From: Amphiscolops sp. MND2022
Lineage: Eukaryota
DNA: 64,000 bases
Direction: 5' to 3'
NCBI GenBank assembly: GCA_964187785.1
Contig: OZ076409.1
Location: 73,472,001-73,536,000 of the forward strand
How positions within the stretch are numbered: the stretch's first letter is position 1; each line of letters opens with the position of its first letter. A program made the position numbers and the translations under genes. Shown one piece after another: positions 9,221-19,983 of the stretch. The notes under the pieces were generated by a model, which saw only the letters and a program-made list of their open reading frames with translations, was not told the DNA's origin and searched no databases.

Positions 9221-12200
9221 ATGCCTCGTGGTAGAGGGAGAGGAAGAAGTGCCATTGTGAGGAGGAGGTGTGATATTCATAACATTTTCATTGGAGTAGA
9301 TGGCGTCTGTGCAAGATGTCAGGAGAGTCAGAGAGTTCAACATGATGCCGAACAAGATTTAACAGCTGTCAATGTCCCCAATCCCCCAGATGTCCCCAAT
9401 GATGAAGAGAGAGCAGAAGTTGAGATGACAAATGTGGAGATGTGCGAGAAGTGTTGCAGGACGACAACAGATGAATACAAACTTGACTTTCACTCTATGA
9501 ACCGAGACTCACTGCATACGACTAAATTTGGTAAACACGTTGCTGAGATGGGTGGAGAGGTCATCAGGATGTGTTACCAATGCGTCAACTACACTAACAA
9601 CGTTAAACGGCACTTGGACTGGCCTAATGCTTGGCCCAGTGTTATGTATACTCTACTTTTCGAGACACATAGGTTTAACTCTGATGCAAAAAAACTCTAT
9701 AAACTACTTCCACATGAAATTAAGGAATCATTTAAAGAAAACATGAATACTGTTCACCCATTAATTGCGACTTCCGTAACTGACTCTGTATTTAGGGATA
9801 TAACTCGCGAAAAGGAAGACTTTTGGAATTTAGTTAACACTAGAACTGCCAAAACACTCGTAAAAGCTTTAACTACTCACTGCTTTCCTAACATTAGGTG
9901 CCCTGCAGGTTGCTTTGAATTTGTCGAAAAATCTAACGGAATTTCTTTTGCACATTTTTTGAATTACCTTTTTCCTTTATTCACTAGTTTTAATGCAAAC
10001 AGTAAAAAATTTCTTAAAGGAGCACGAGATGATTTCACTAAACGTTTAACTCTCTTAGAAAAGTTTACTATTTCACCATGTGTAATCTGCAACGAAAAAG
10101 GTTTACAATTAGTAGTCTGTTCTGACCACAAAAACGGGGTGCCACTTAACTATGTTCATGTTCAAACGAACCCAGTGGCAGGTAACATCAGCCCGAAATC
10201 CGTCGACAGGTTAGCTCTCATGGTTTCGAGTGTCAGAACAGTAAGACCTTTGAAGATTGGCGCTAAAAGTGCTACTTTCACTATGTGTCGGGTTGACAGT
10301 GGACGCATAAGTGGTGTCAGTTCTACTGTTCTACACAGGTTCAGGAATTTTGAATGTCCTTTAAATTACTTACATCAAAACATGGAAAAACTTTTGATTA
10401 ATTGTCGTGATGATGTTAAGGAAATTATTAGGGTTTGTTGTCATAACCAAGAGATAAGCCAAAATTTAGCTGAAGCGTTACTTGAATTTCAAATCCCAGT
10501 TTCCTTAGCCACAATTGAAGAACACTGTAAAAATGCCACTGTTTTCAACATGAGCTCTCTGATGCGAATGAAGGACTTCGTTGAAACATGTCCCGATGAC
10601 ATTCTAAGCCGTGATGGTTTCAAAAAACCGTTGACTTATGGACATAAAATGGACGGCTACGGTTTTGAGCCGTGTAACTTTCCTAAAATGTTTTCTCAGG
10701 ACCGGAGTTTGTTCACCTTTTGTTATTCCATCTTGTATAATGATTTATTATGGTCTAAGCTCTGTAGTTGTTCAGGTGAGACAGACCTACTGGTTGAACT
10801 TTGTAAACTCTTGAATTGTTTGAGGGGAAACAGAAGCCTTCAATATCATAACACCATTAATTCACTAATTACTAATTTTCACAGGGTCATAAATGAACTT
10901 TTTCCATCTAATGTAGAACCTTTAACCTCTTTATGTGATATACTAGAAGGTTGTCAAGTTGTTAATTGTCAAAGAGGATCCGTTGAAAACGCTGTAATTG
11001 ATTGCTCGCGAAATGATCTGGTTCTAGTCGTCGCAACAGAAGCTCCAGCTAGGGATCGTCAAATTCCTTTCTATTTAACATCAATCAATGGTAAAAATTT
11101 TCAATTGACATTCATCTCAGCTGAAGGTAAGGTAAGTTTAAGGCACGGTGATCCTTTCTTTAACTTTTGGACAATTTTGAATGACGGAAGCCGAGCGGTG
11201 AAGGATCCAACTTTGGAATACCAGTATAATAGAACTTGGAAATGTTTAATTTACGTACTTAAAACAGACTTGAATGAGGAAACTAAACTAAGATACTTAA
11301 AATACATGGGAGGTCAGGGAATTTTTTTCTGTCAGGAACATCAGCTGCCTTTATCTACTGATTATTTTAAAAGCCAACGAAAATGTAGTATGCCAAAAAA
11401 CAACCGTGACCACCAGATCTGTACCAGAAAATCTGCTTGGCGTTGTCCGGAAAAAAATTGTTTAGCGTCCGTTTGTAAGACTCATTTCCGTGAATTCTGT
11501 GACGCTAACGATAAGGTTTTGGTCGACAACACGCCTTCTGATGATGCAATCCAAGATAGCAGCGATGAAGAAGCTACTTTGCTAGAAGAACCTGAAGAGC
11601 AGCCGGAAAACAATTTGCCAGGGCCAAGCTTCGTGCTGGACGAGCAACAGCGACCACAAGAACCAGAAGCCAACATGGATGAGTTCGATTGCCCACAATT
11701 AATTGTGGATGCCGGGTTCCAAGAAACTGATGCTTTTGCCACGGACGCTGGCTGCGAGCCCGTTTACTTGTCTAATGACTCTAATTTCGTTCCCATGCAT
11801 GTACTTTTAAATGGTGAATGTCAACTAATGAAAAGATTAAAATATCCCTCCCACATAGGCAAAAAGTTTCAACGCTTTTTTCAAAACTTTGTTTCCACTC
11901 TGCCGGGTCGCTCGATTCCCCTGCTGCAACCTGAAGCTTGTCTTTTTCCAAGTATTTTTTACAAGCAATTAGAAGACGGTTCTTTCCCTGGCGCTTTGCC
12001 TTTTTTCTTGTACGACGATAAAAATGCCAACTCTAAATTAGAATTTGACGGTCTACATGAACACCTGCGCTTAAGACTTAAGGACGGCACGCTTTTAACG
12101 TCTTCCAACTTGGCCTACATAATGTATGCTTTCGACTGTGTATTAAATTTGTCACTCGTAAAATGTCACACAAATCAATTTTTTAAACGTGGGCTGCAGA

Positions 12201-15200
12201 CTATCACTATTGGTAAGTACAGACCTCAGCAGCTTACATCAACAGAGTCTGTTCTAAAAATGGATAGCGTCGACAGCGACGTTCATGTAAATCGATTAGG
12301 AACTGCATGTGCCACTGAAACGCCGGATCTTTTTGTAACTTTTACATGTAACCAGAAGGAACACCCGGGTGTTGCTGAGGTCGTTAATGCAATCTACGAA
12401 CTGTACGGCAGCGCCAGCACCGAAGAACTAAAGGAAGTGCTCCAGGCTTACATGGTCATCATTGTAAGATGCTGGACTAGGACCATCGAACTTTTAATTG
12501 ACTACTTGAGGTTTTCAGATGAGCATATTTTGGGTAAAATTAATAAAGTTTGGGGTAGGGCAGAATTTCAAAGTGCAGCAGCCAACCTGCAACATTATCA
12601 CATTCTTTTTTGGTTAGAAAATTCAACTGATGACATTATCGATAAAATTCAATGTGCGCACAAACACGTCCTGCATGAGTTTAAAAAATTGTTTCAAATG
12701 AATTTCGGAACTGTTGATAGTGAGGAGCACGCAGGTAAGTTATTTGACGATTGTGTTCGCATTCAAAGTCATGATTGTGAGAAAGGGCACTGTCTTAAAA
12801 AAGTAAGGTTGAACGGCGAGCGAAAGTGTCGTTTCCCGCCCTATCCTCAAAGTAACGTTCCCTGGTACAAAGAATTTCACCAGCCACATTCGGAAGAAGC
12901 CCTAGTAGCATTACAGGAAATTGATTTGGCTGAACCGAGGCCTGGTTTTGATAGGTGTTTGCAGGTTACAACAACTCTAATGGCAGGTAAATACATGTAT
13001 GCGGCCACCAGAGGAGAGCACATGTCACCGCTGAATGTTGCCCTCTGGAGTATTTGTAAATCCAGTTTGAACGTTTTAAAGGTTTGCAAGTCGGTCGCAT
13101 CCAGGTACTTGACATCGTACGCTGCTGGAAAAGAAGAGCATGCTGATGTGGCCATCAATCCAGAAAATGCTCACAATGTGTTAAATGTGCAGGTTCAAAA
13201 AATTGAAAACAAAAAGTTAGGCGGTGTTAGAAAGATCCTTGCTCGAGAAGCTAAGCAGGATAAAACGCAAGGTATCATAGATTCTACCACCATTGCAAGT
13301 ACAGAATGTGTGTCATGGATGTTACAACTACCAACTGTGATTACAACCATGGATTTTGTTTCAGTCCCCACAGTAGCTTTAGAAAATCGGGGAGGTGTAA
13401 TTTTAAAAAGGAAAAATAATACTTGTTCAAGATCAAATATACCAGGTGTGGCCAACGAAGGCCCATGTGAGATCAGGGAACATCATTTGAGGTTACCACG
13501 TCATCGACTTTTTACTAGGAGCCAGAAAATAGTTCTAGAAAGTGTGAACAAAACGCCATTTAGTACTGATAAAGTAACTGTTTTTTCTCTACGTCCTCCT
13601 GAATTGCTTTTTGTAAACAAACTAAGACCCTACTTCAGGTGGTTTAAACGCGAAAAATTGTCCGGTAAAAGGGAGACTGCCAGTGTACGATTTTTGAAAA
13701 ACGACGTTAGGGAATCAACTTGGGTGGATGGCGAAAATTATGCCATTCGTTTAAGACCTTCTGCAGTTCCCGAATTTTCAGCTTTCGTCCAGGAATCTTT
13801 AGCGGCAAATCCAACCGATAGTAGACTGCTCGATGCCTTCGTTATAATTTCGGAAGTTTTGACTATTTCCTCACATCCAGGACGGTCGCTTTTTGTATCC
13901 AGTGACCCAAATTTGTCAAATACACCAGCAGAGGTGGTTTTTTCAAAAGTGTATCCCCGCAATCCTGCAAACTTTTTAATTCATTTTTTACTATCTAATG
14001 CTGCTTTCGAAACTGAATTTGAACTTTTTGATGTGCCAACTTTGAAGGATGCATACGTGAAGGGCAGGGTTGTACCAGACAAACAAGTATACGATGAAAA
14101 TGATGTCAATGAACTTTTGAAAAAATATGTACTTGAGCAATTGCGATACCTACCAGGTGGTACGCGTTCTTTTGATAACAATCTACTTGCGGCAAAGTCA
14201 GCATTCAAGGGAATGTTAATAGATAATGACATTTATAATGAAGGGCTGCCCATTACAAAGATGGATACCTTGACTGAAGCATTGGAAGATAAGGCTAAAA
14301 AGATGCTTCGGCAGTCCCAGTTAAACATCATAAAATCTTTAACTCAGAAAAATTTGCCCAATTTTCCTAATTCTAGCGTTTTTGAAAATGTGTCCAAGGA
14401 AACACCATCTGACTGGTCTGGTGAACTTGTTCCAAACAATTTTCAGACTGAAGAGTCTCGTGAAGAACAGACCATAATTTTAGAACAACTGAAAGAACTA
14501 ATTTGTGAAAATCTGTTTTCTGACCATAAATTTAGGAAACACCAGTTGATTTTGGGTCCACCAGGTACAGGTAAGACGTATGTGTTGACGATGGCTTTGG
14601 GTTATGCGCTCACGAAAGGGTTGTTTTGTCTTGTAACTAGTTTAGCATCCCGAAGATCGATGCACTTTGGCGGTGAGCACATTCACAAATTGTTTTGCTT
14701 GCCTCCTTCTTCTTGTGGATCACCGATCAAAATGGCCGAGCAAGCTCTCGTGAAACTGGACCACCGGAATGACAAGAAGATGCTGTTAATGGCCCTGGAA
14801 GTACTGTTCGTGGAAGAAGTGAGCCTAATCAGTGCTGAACAGTGGTCTGCCATGGACCTCACCCTTCAAGAGTTGAAGCAGTCAACCTTGCCTTTCGGTG
14901 GGGTTTTAGTGATCGCGAGTGGTGATCAGATGCAACTGCCATCAATTGAAGGGAACGACATCTTTCTCAGTCCTGTTCTACTGACAAACTTCGCAATGTT
15001 CTTTTTGTCGCACTTTGTTCGAATGACAGATGCAGACGGTCAAACTGTACTTCGACACATGTGGAAACGTCCCATAAATGCCCCTGCTGTCGCTGAAATA
15101 CTCGCGATTCTGGACACTAAGTGCACATTCAAGGACAGCTGGGATGACTTGGACGACCCTTGTGTAATGCGTGTTTTTGGCAAGCGGAAAGCTGAACAGA

Positions 15201-16336
15201 GAGAATTCGATAGCCACATTCAGCGAGTACGCGCGTCGGGATCGTCCTACCGCATTTTCGAAGCCAAGGATGAGATCTGTCTTTCGAAGAGCTCAGTTTG
15301 GAATGAGACTGACTCTCGACAAGTAAGTAACCATCTGAGCGACAAGGTAAACGAGCCCAAACAGTTAATTGTTTACTCAAAGGCTTTGGTAAGGGTCACA
15401 GTGAATCTGGAAGCTGAGCAATTGTCTCAAGGTCAGGTTGGTGTAGTTCACGAGGTTCCCACTGGTGACTCGGTCACAATCTACGTCCCAGATAGCAGTG
15501 GTGGGGAAGTTGACATCACTCCTGGGATGTTGGAACGCGAGGAGTACCTGACTTGGCGGACTGTGACTCTCTCAAAGCACACCGGCTTCGTTCAGCCTTT
15601 CAAGAAGAACTCAGTGCGAAGGGTTCAGTTACCGCTCATGAACTTTGTTGCCATGACAACGCACAAACTCATGGGTGACACATTTGAAAAGTTGGCGACG
15701 TCCATTTCCGCAACCGACAGTAGCTACGCTTTGTGGATGACGTCGCAAGTTTTTGTAATTGTCAGTCGTGTCAAACAATTAAAAAACCTTACTTTTGTTG
15801 GTAACAAAAATGCTACTTTAAGTGCCATCGAATCTATTTTTGAAAAGAGAGACTTGAGAGAGGAACGTCTCTTCAATTTGCTAGACAAAATAAAAAACAA
15901 CTCAAGGTGCAATTCCAATGTTCAGCCAATCAACATTTCGAAGTTATCTTACGTACCTTTTAACAAAAACATCCCAAGCACTCCGAATGGCTTCGTATAT
16001 CTTTTGATTAGTCTGAACCCGACTTCGCCCGAAACTTTTTACGTAGGAGAAACTGAGCGCGCGCTGTTAACACGGTTGTCGGAACACAACTGCGGCAACG
16101 GTTCAGATTTCACGAGAATACCCCACCGTTTGCCCTGGGCAGTCGCTGCTTTTATTTGCAATTTTTCATCACGTTTTTCGCGCCGAGACTTCGAAAAAGA
16201 AATACATCAAGAAATGCGTGTTCGTCATAACAATTTGAAAAATTTAAAAGACATGCTATCTCTTTTCCAGGAAAAAGTTAACGAAAAAAACTGTAATCTT
16301 CATTTTTGTGTTTGCGGTGAAATGCAGTCGACATAA
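9221..16336 (+). CDS. Helitron-like transposase: Cys-rich N-terminus, HUH/Y2 Rep domain, PIF1-family SF1B helicase, C-terminal GIY-YIG endonuclease (2371 aa)
   Basis: Uninterrupted ORF. Rep: motif I PDLFVTFTCN (~aa1035), motif II RAEFQ...QHYHILFW (HUH, ~aa1125), motif III RYLTSY (YxxxY, ~aa1296-1300). Helicase: Walker A GPPGTGKT (~aa1779), Walker B VEEVS, PFGG...GDQMQLP, MTTHKLMGDT, VIVSRVK. GIY-YIG: GFVYLL...FYVGET...RLSEHN (~aa2257 onward). Confidence 0.93.
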   Translation: MPRGRGRGRSAIVRRRCDIHNIFIGVDGVCARCQESQRVQHDAEQDLTAVNVPNPPDVPNDEERAEVEMTNVEMCEKCCRTTTDEYKLDFHSMNRDSLHTTKFGKHVAEMGGEVIRMCYQCVNYTNNVKRHLDWPNAWPSVMYTLLFETHRFNSDAKKLYKLLPHEIKESFKENMNTVHPLIATSVTDSVFRDITREKEDFWNLVNTRTAKTLVKALTTHCFPNIRCPAGCFEFVEKSNGISFAHFLNYLFPLFTSFNANSKKFLKGARDDFTKRLTLLEKFTISPCVICNEKGLQLVVCSDHKNGVPLNYVHVQTNPVAGNISPKSVDRLALMVSSVRTVRPLKIGAKSATFTMCRVDSGRISGVSSTVLHRFRNFECPLNYLHQNMEKLLINCRDDVKEIIRVCCHNQEISQNLAEALLEFQIPVSLATIEEHCKNATVFNMSSLMRMKDFVETCPDDILSRDGFKKPLTYGHKMDGYGFEPCNFPKMFSQDRSLFTFCYSILYNDLLWSKLCSCSGETDLLVELCKLLNCLRGNRSLQYHNTINSLITNFHRVINELFPSNVEPLTSLCDILEGCQVVNCQRGSVENAVIDCSRNDLVLVVATEAPARDRQIPFYLTSINGKNFQLTFISAEGKVSLRHGDPFFNFWTILNDGSRAVKDPTLEYQYNRTWKCLIYVLKTDLNEETKLRYLKYMGGQGIFFCQEHQLPLSTDYFKSQRKCSMPKNNRDHQICTRKSAWRCPEKNCLASVCKTHFREFCDANDKVLVDNTPSDDAIQDSSDEEATLLEEPEEQPENNLPGPSFVLDEQQRPQEPEANMDEFDCPQLIVDAGFQETDAFATDAGCEPVYLSNDSNFVPMHVLLNGECQLMKRLKYPSHIGKKFQRFFQNFVSTLPGRSIPLLQPEACLFPSIFYKQLEDGSFPGALPFFLYDDKNANSKLEFDGLHEHLRLRLKDGTLLTSSNLAYIMYAFDCVLNLSLVKCHTNQFFKRGLQTITIGKYRPQQLTSTESVLKMDSVDSDVHVNRLGTACATETPDLFVTFTCNQKEHPGVAEVVNAIYELYGSASTEELKEVLQAYMVIIVRCWTRTIELLIDYLRFSDEHILGKINKVWGRAEFQSAAANLQHYHILFWLENSTDDIIDKIQCAHKHVLHEFKKLFQMNFGTVDSEEHAGKLFDDCVRIQSHDCEKGHCLKKVRLNGERKCRFPPYPQSNVPWYKEFHQPHSEEALVALQEIDLAEPRPGFDRCLQVTTTLMAGKYMYAATRGEHMSPLNVALWSICKSSLNVLKVCKSVASRYLTSYAAGKEEHADVAINPENAHNVLNVQVQKIENKKLGGVRKILAREAKQDKTQGIIDSTTIASTECVSWMLQLPTVITTMDFVSVPTVALENRGGVILKRKNNTCSRSNIPGVANEGPCEIREHHLRLPRHRLFTRSQKIVLESVNKTPFSTDKVTVFSLRPPELLFVNKLRPYFRWFKREKLSGKRETASVRFLKNDVRESTWVDGENYAIRLRPSAVPEFSAFVQESLAANPTDSRLLDAFVIISEVLTISSHPGRSLFVSSDPNLSNTPAEVVFSKVYPRNPANFLIHFLLSNAAFETEFELFDVPTLKDAYVKGRVVPDKQVYDENDVNELLKKYVLEQLRYLPGGTRSFDNNLLAAKSAFKGMLIDNDIYNEGLPITKMDTLTEALEDKAKKMLRQSQLNIIKSLTQKNLPNFPNSSVFENVSKETPSDWSGELVPNNFQTEESREEQTIILEQLKELICENLFSDHKFRKHQLILGPPGTGKTYVLTMALGYALTKGLFCLVTSLASRRSMHFGGEHIHKLFCLPPSSCGSPIKMAEQALVKLDHRNDKKMLLMALEVLFVEEVSLISAEQWSAMDLTLQELKQSTLPFGGVLVIASGDQMQLPSIEGNDIFLSPVLLTNFAMFFLSHFVRMTDADGQTVLRHMWKRPINAPAVAEILAILDTKCTFKDSWDDLDDPCVMRVFGKRKAEQREFDSHIQRVRASGSSYRIFEAKDEICLSKSSVWNETDSRQVSNHLSDKVNEPKQLIVYSKALVRVTVNLEAEQLSQGQVGVVHEVPTGDSVTIYVPDSSGGEVDITPGMLEREEYLTWRTVTLSKHTGFVQPFKKNSVRRVQLPLMNFVAMTTHKLMGDTFEKLATSISATDSSYALWMTSQVFVIVSRVKQLKNLTFVGNKNATLSAIESIFEKRDLREERLFNLLDKIKNNSRCNSNVQPINISKLSYVPFNKNIPSTPNGFVYLLISLNPTSPETFYVGETERALLTRLSEHNCGNGSDFTRIPHRLPWAVAAFICNFSSRFSRRDFEKEIHQEMRVRHNNLKNLKDMLSLFQEKVNEKNCNLHFCVCGEMQST

Positions 16337-16393
16337 AAATATAAAATTTAAAACGCTTTGTTTTTGGCACGAGTTTTCTTAAATGTGTTTGTT

Positions 16394-16521
16394 GGAATCG
16401 ACGATGAGCGTGGTTCCAGGTAGGTTTAAATTAGGTTGGTTTGCTGGAATCGACGATGAGCGTGGTTCCAGGTAGGTTTAAATTAGGTTGATTTGCTGGA
16501 ATCGACGATGAGCGTGGTTCC
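16394..16521 (+). repeat. 52-bp-period tandem repeat carrying hairpin motif A, downstream of RepHel
   Basis: GGAATCGACGATGAGCGTGGTTCC at 16394, 16446 and 16498; a further copy with ATAAG loop at 16850. Confidence 0.9.
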
Positions 16522-16606
16522 AGTTTTCTTACATTAGGTTACTTCTTAAAAGAAAATTGAAATCCTAAGAGTGAAACTTATTCGTTGAAAAAATTTTCAT
16601 TAAACA

Positions 16607-16829
16607 TTGTTGAGTATCGCACGAAGTTCGACTACAGAGGGTGGACACAGTGCGATATTCAACAAAATTGAATTTCATACAAAGCTCTACTAACAGAGGG
16701 TGGGCATCGTATGAAATTCAAATGTCTACTTTACCAGTAAAAGTAAATATAAAATTTGATAACACTGATAAAACTCTTTTGGGTATCGCACAAAGTTCGA
16801 CTGCAGAGGGTGGACACCGTGCGATATTC
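16607..16829 (+). repeat. Three copies of long hairpin motif B
   Basis: GTTGAGTATCGCAC...GTGCGATATTCAAC (16609-16663), TTGAATTTCATAC...GTATGAAATTCAA (16668-16721) and a third at 16781-16829. Further copies at 17755-17808 and 20137-20190. Confidence 0.85.
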
Positions 16830-18557
16830 AACAGTTGAATTTGAAAGGTGGAATCGACGATAAGCGTGGTTCCTGGTTTGATACTTTTTAAAAGTAACAG
16901 GGTAGGATTAAAGAAGAAAATGACAAAGAACGATGTGACAGACCCATGATGACGATCCAGAAGCAAGACTTACAGTGTATGAGCTTGTGTACACCTTCCA
17001 AGCTTATACACAACTTTTTAAAAAAAAACCAACATCGAAACATATAACCAGTGTAGCAGCACGTGTAGACCTTTTGAGTCTTCCACGCTGACACACTCTA
17101 CGTAAATAAAGATCGTCAAATCCCAAAAACTGAAATATAATACCAAAACCAGACTTTCCCAAAACCGACTTTTTCTACTTCGACTTTTTGACTAAAAGAC
17201 TTCAAGACTGAGACTAATTGACTTTTTTCTAAAACCTAACCGTTCTTTTTCCTTACATAGTGAGTATGAGTGGAGTTGAGCTTTGAGACGTTTTTGACTT
17301 TATTCAAAGTAGTTTTCAAATTAAAGCGTCCACAGGAAGAAGAAAATATTTGGGAATTGATTCTTATAACCCTCACTTGTTTATTGTGACAAATTTTTTT
17401 GAAAGGTTGTAGGTTTAGAGCAGGCTGTAGTGAATAGATTGAACAATTGTCACTGTTGGACATGATTTCTGCATATCACTGGGAGCCCTAACTGATTGTT
17501 CTCGTTTTGTAGATAAAAATGAACACTTCAAGTCTTGTAATAGTTGTCACCAGTAACCTCGTCTATAGCAAACAGCATCTCGTTGCCTGCAACTGCGAAT
17601 CAACAGAATGCATCTGGAAAGATCATCTCACCAACATACCCCAACGTCAAGCTGGAAAAAGTTGCTCGGACATGAAGTAAGTTTCAATAAGTTTTAAAGT
17701 GTCTTAACAGAAAATTAATAAAAGGTTTTTGGACTTTTTTCTAACGTAGGCACTGTTGAATATCGTACAAAGCTCTACTAATCGAGGGTGGGCATCGTAT
17801 GAAATTCATTACTCTAAAATTAAGTACAATTAGATTTTGTGATCAATTACTTCGGCTTTGTCAGTTTAAGCGCTTTAGCGTCTTAAACTGACCCCTTTCT
17901 TTTCTCTTCTTCTTTGCCTCTTTCTTTTTCGTAGGCTTCTGACGACGTGGAAGAGAACGAGAGGAAACCGGGCGTGCACGCAGATCCTTCCTTTTTGCCG
18001 CAATTTGGAGCCGAAACAGCAATGTCACAAATTGAAGACGAACAATATTCCACATAACTTCACAAAAGTTTAATCAAAATTGATGAAATTCCTTTGGAAA
18101 CTGGAAAAAGAAACAACGGAACCCCAAAACCACGAAAAACACGGATCTGATGAACAAATGCAAAAAAGAAAAACGTTATTGAAACCAATAATGCTTGCAA
18201 AAAAATTTCTGTAATTTTCATTCAATGGATTCTTTGAAATGAATTACTTGTTCATTCTTTTCCTTTGTTTAGCTGATTGGACCCTAGTGTAAATACTCTT
18301 TGAGTACAAGCAGTTTGAATCTGTACACTTCGGTTGAAGATAGATACGTTTTAATCCTACTTTCCTTCTATATCTAATCTATATATAAGGTATATATCAA
18401 ATCTAGAAGCAATTTAGCTATATCTCGCCTTTATCCGTTTTCTTTATTCCAAAATATTCTTCATATGTACCTCATGAGACCATTATAGGGTGCTTCAGAT
18501 TTTCAAAGCTTTTGCTGAATTTGAAATAACGGTTTAGCTTACTTTCCAGATTCAAAC

Positions 18558-19673
18558 ATGCCCGGTTTTTTGAAAGCCACCCTGAGCGTTTCGCAGGCCG
18601 TTGAGCTATCGTCTAAATTCACCTTCATATCCATTGACGACCTCCTTACCCCGAATCATGATACCCCGAGGCTTTCCAAAGTCAATGCCAAGCTCTTATA
18701 CATAGCTCAGCCTCAAAAAAAGCTCTCGTATTCGAAAGTTACAAAGGGGTTCCACCAGGCCCGAAAATTAGAACTTGAAAAGTACCACAGATTTGTGGTA
18801 CTGGGCGTACCTGGTACGGCCACAGTTTTTTGTATGTTCACCCAGAATAGTGAGGAGAGCAGGAGGCTTTTGCGCTATCAAAAAAGCATCAGACCTGGAA
18901 CTGATGTTTTGGTACTGAAACCATATTTAGAAGGACAGCTGGGAGGAGGAGCTACTCCTCTGGTTACCACACGGGAACCATTGGTTCCAACCGCTGAAAT
19001 ATCGACTCTAACATCCCTGCCGCCCTTTGATGTCGAGGGCACCTCCTTAGAGTATAGATTTTTTTCATTCAATACTAGAAACCTGGCTGTTGACTCAGCT
19101 GTTATAGCTGAAAATGTATGCGACGGAGCCATTTGTGACGGACGAAGCTACCACGAGCCATGTGGATGCATCGAAGCGTCGTCTAAAAAGACGTGGGCGC
19201 TTTTGATAGATTTTACCTGCCCAGAGTTACACGGCCTAGACGACACCGTGTCTGTGTATTCCGTGAGTTTAGCAGCTGTCTTCCTCACTAGTAATATGAG
19301 GAACATCCAACCAGACAGCGAGAAACTGGATAGGTTCCAGCTCGACGAAAAAGTGCAGGTCCTTGTACAAGCAATAAATGATCACCAAGGATTTAGAGTC
19401 GAGGGCTGGTTCAAGCCAGCTGCCGACGAAGAAGGGACGGCTGTGGGAAATAAAAAGTACCACATTTCTTCATTGAGACCTGAAACCTCCTTGACCATGG
19501 ATCAACAGGCTCTTCAGTACGCTGGCGAACCTACTGCACCAACAACATCAGGATCAAATGCACCACCAACTCCTGAAACTACGCCTGGCGTTACTCCACC
19601 TGCTGCTCCCGCAACGCCTGGCGTTACTCCACCTGCTGCTCCCGCAACGCCTGGCCAAACGACATCGGGCTGA
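18558..19673 (+). CDS. Element-encoded 371-aa protein of unknown function with CxGxxCD-x6-CGC motif (possible Zn-ribbon/OB-fold ssDNA-binding accessory protein)
   Basis: Long clean ORF inside the autonomous element, co-oriented with RepHel, with a splice-acceptor-like TTTCCAG 9 nt before the ATG. Carries the motif CDGAICDGRSYHEPCGC and a Pro/Thr/Ala-rich tail. The fold assignment is inference only. Confidence 0.75.
   Translation: MPGFLKATLSVSQAVELSSKFTFISIDDLLTPNHDTPRLSKVNAKLLYIAQPQKKLSYSKVTKGFHQARKLELEKYHRFVVLGVPGTATVFCMFTQNSEESRRLLRYQKSIRPGTDVLVLKPYLEGQLGGGATPLVTTREPLVPTAEISTLTSLPPFDVEGTSLEYRFFSFNTRNLAVDSAVIAENVCDGAICDGRSYHEPCGCIEASSKKTWALLIDFTCPELHGLDDTVSVYSVSLAAVFLTSNMRNIQPDSEKLDRFQLDEKVQVLVQAINDHQGFRVEGWFKPAADEEGTAVGNKKYHISSLRPETSLTMDQQALQYAGEPTAPTTSGSNAPPTPETTPGVTPPAAPATPGVTPPAAPATPGQTTSG
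19581..19655 (+). repeat. 33-bp coding tandem repeat (TPGVTPPAAPA) in the ORF2 tail
   Basis: ACGCCTGGCGTTACTCCACCTGCTGCTCCCGCA twice plus a partial copy. Confidence 0.9.
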
Positions 19674-19983
19674 TTAGGCTTCATAGAACTGTTAACGGTC
19701 TTAGTTGACTTTACAAACTATTGTCCAGCGCTGTCAGGATTATCTAATGATTGCCCTGATTGAAACTTAAATTAGGATTACTTGTTCTCTTTTTTGATTA
19801 TTTCTGTCCTTTACTGTTGAATTTACAAGCAGAATTTACCTTTCTTGAATAGGCATCTCTAATGGTAAAATGAGAGAACTGTAATTCATTTTTGTTCAAT
19901 GACCATATATTTTTCTTCAGGTATTTAAGTATTTCCTTCTGTTTGAGGATACGTATATTTTGATTACATCAGACTAATTTGGT

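Noticed and set aside
11482..15918. Minus-strand ORFs inside RepHel (and inside ORF2)
   Set aside because: Antisense shadows of the long coding frames.
16609..16721. Motif B as a hammerhead ribozyme
   Set aside because: No CTGANGA...GAAA core on either strand; kept only as an unexplained hairpin.
16888..18055. Minus-strand ORFs between ORF1 and ORF2 as a third gene
   Set aside because: Short and compositionally biased, with no motif support.
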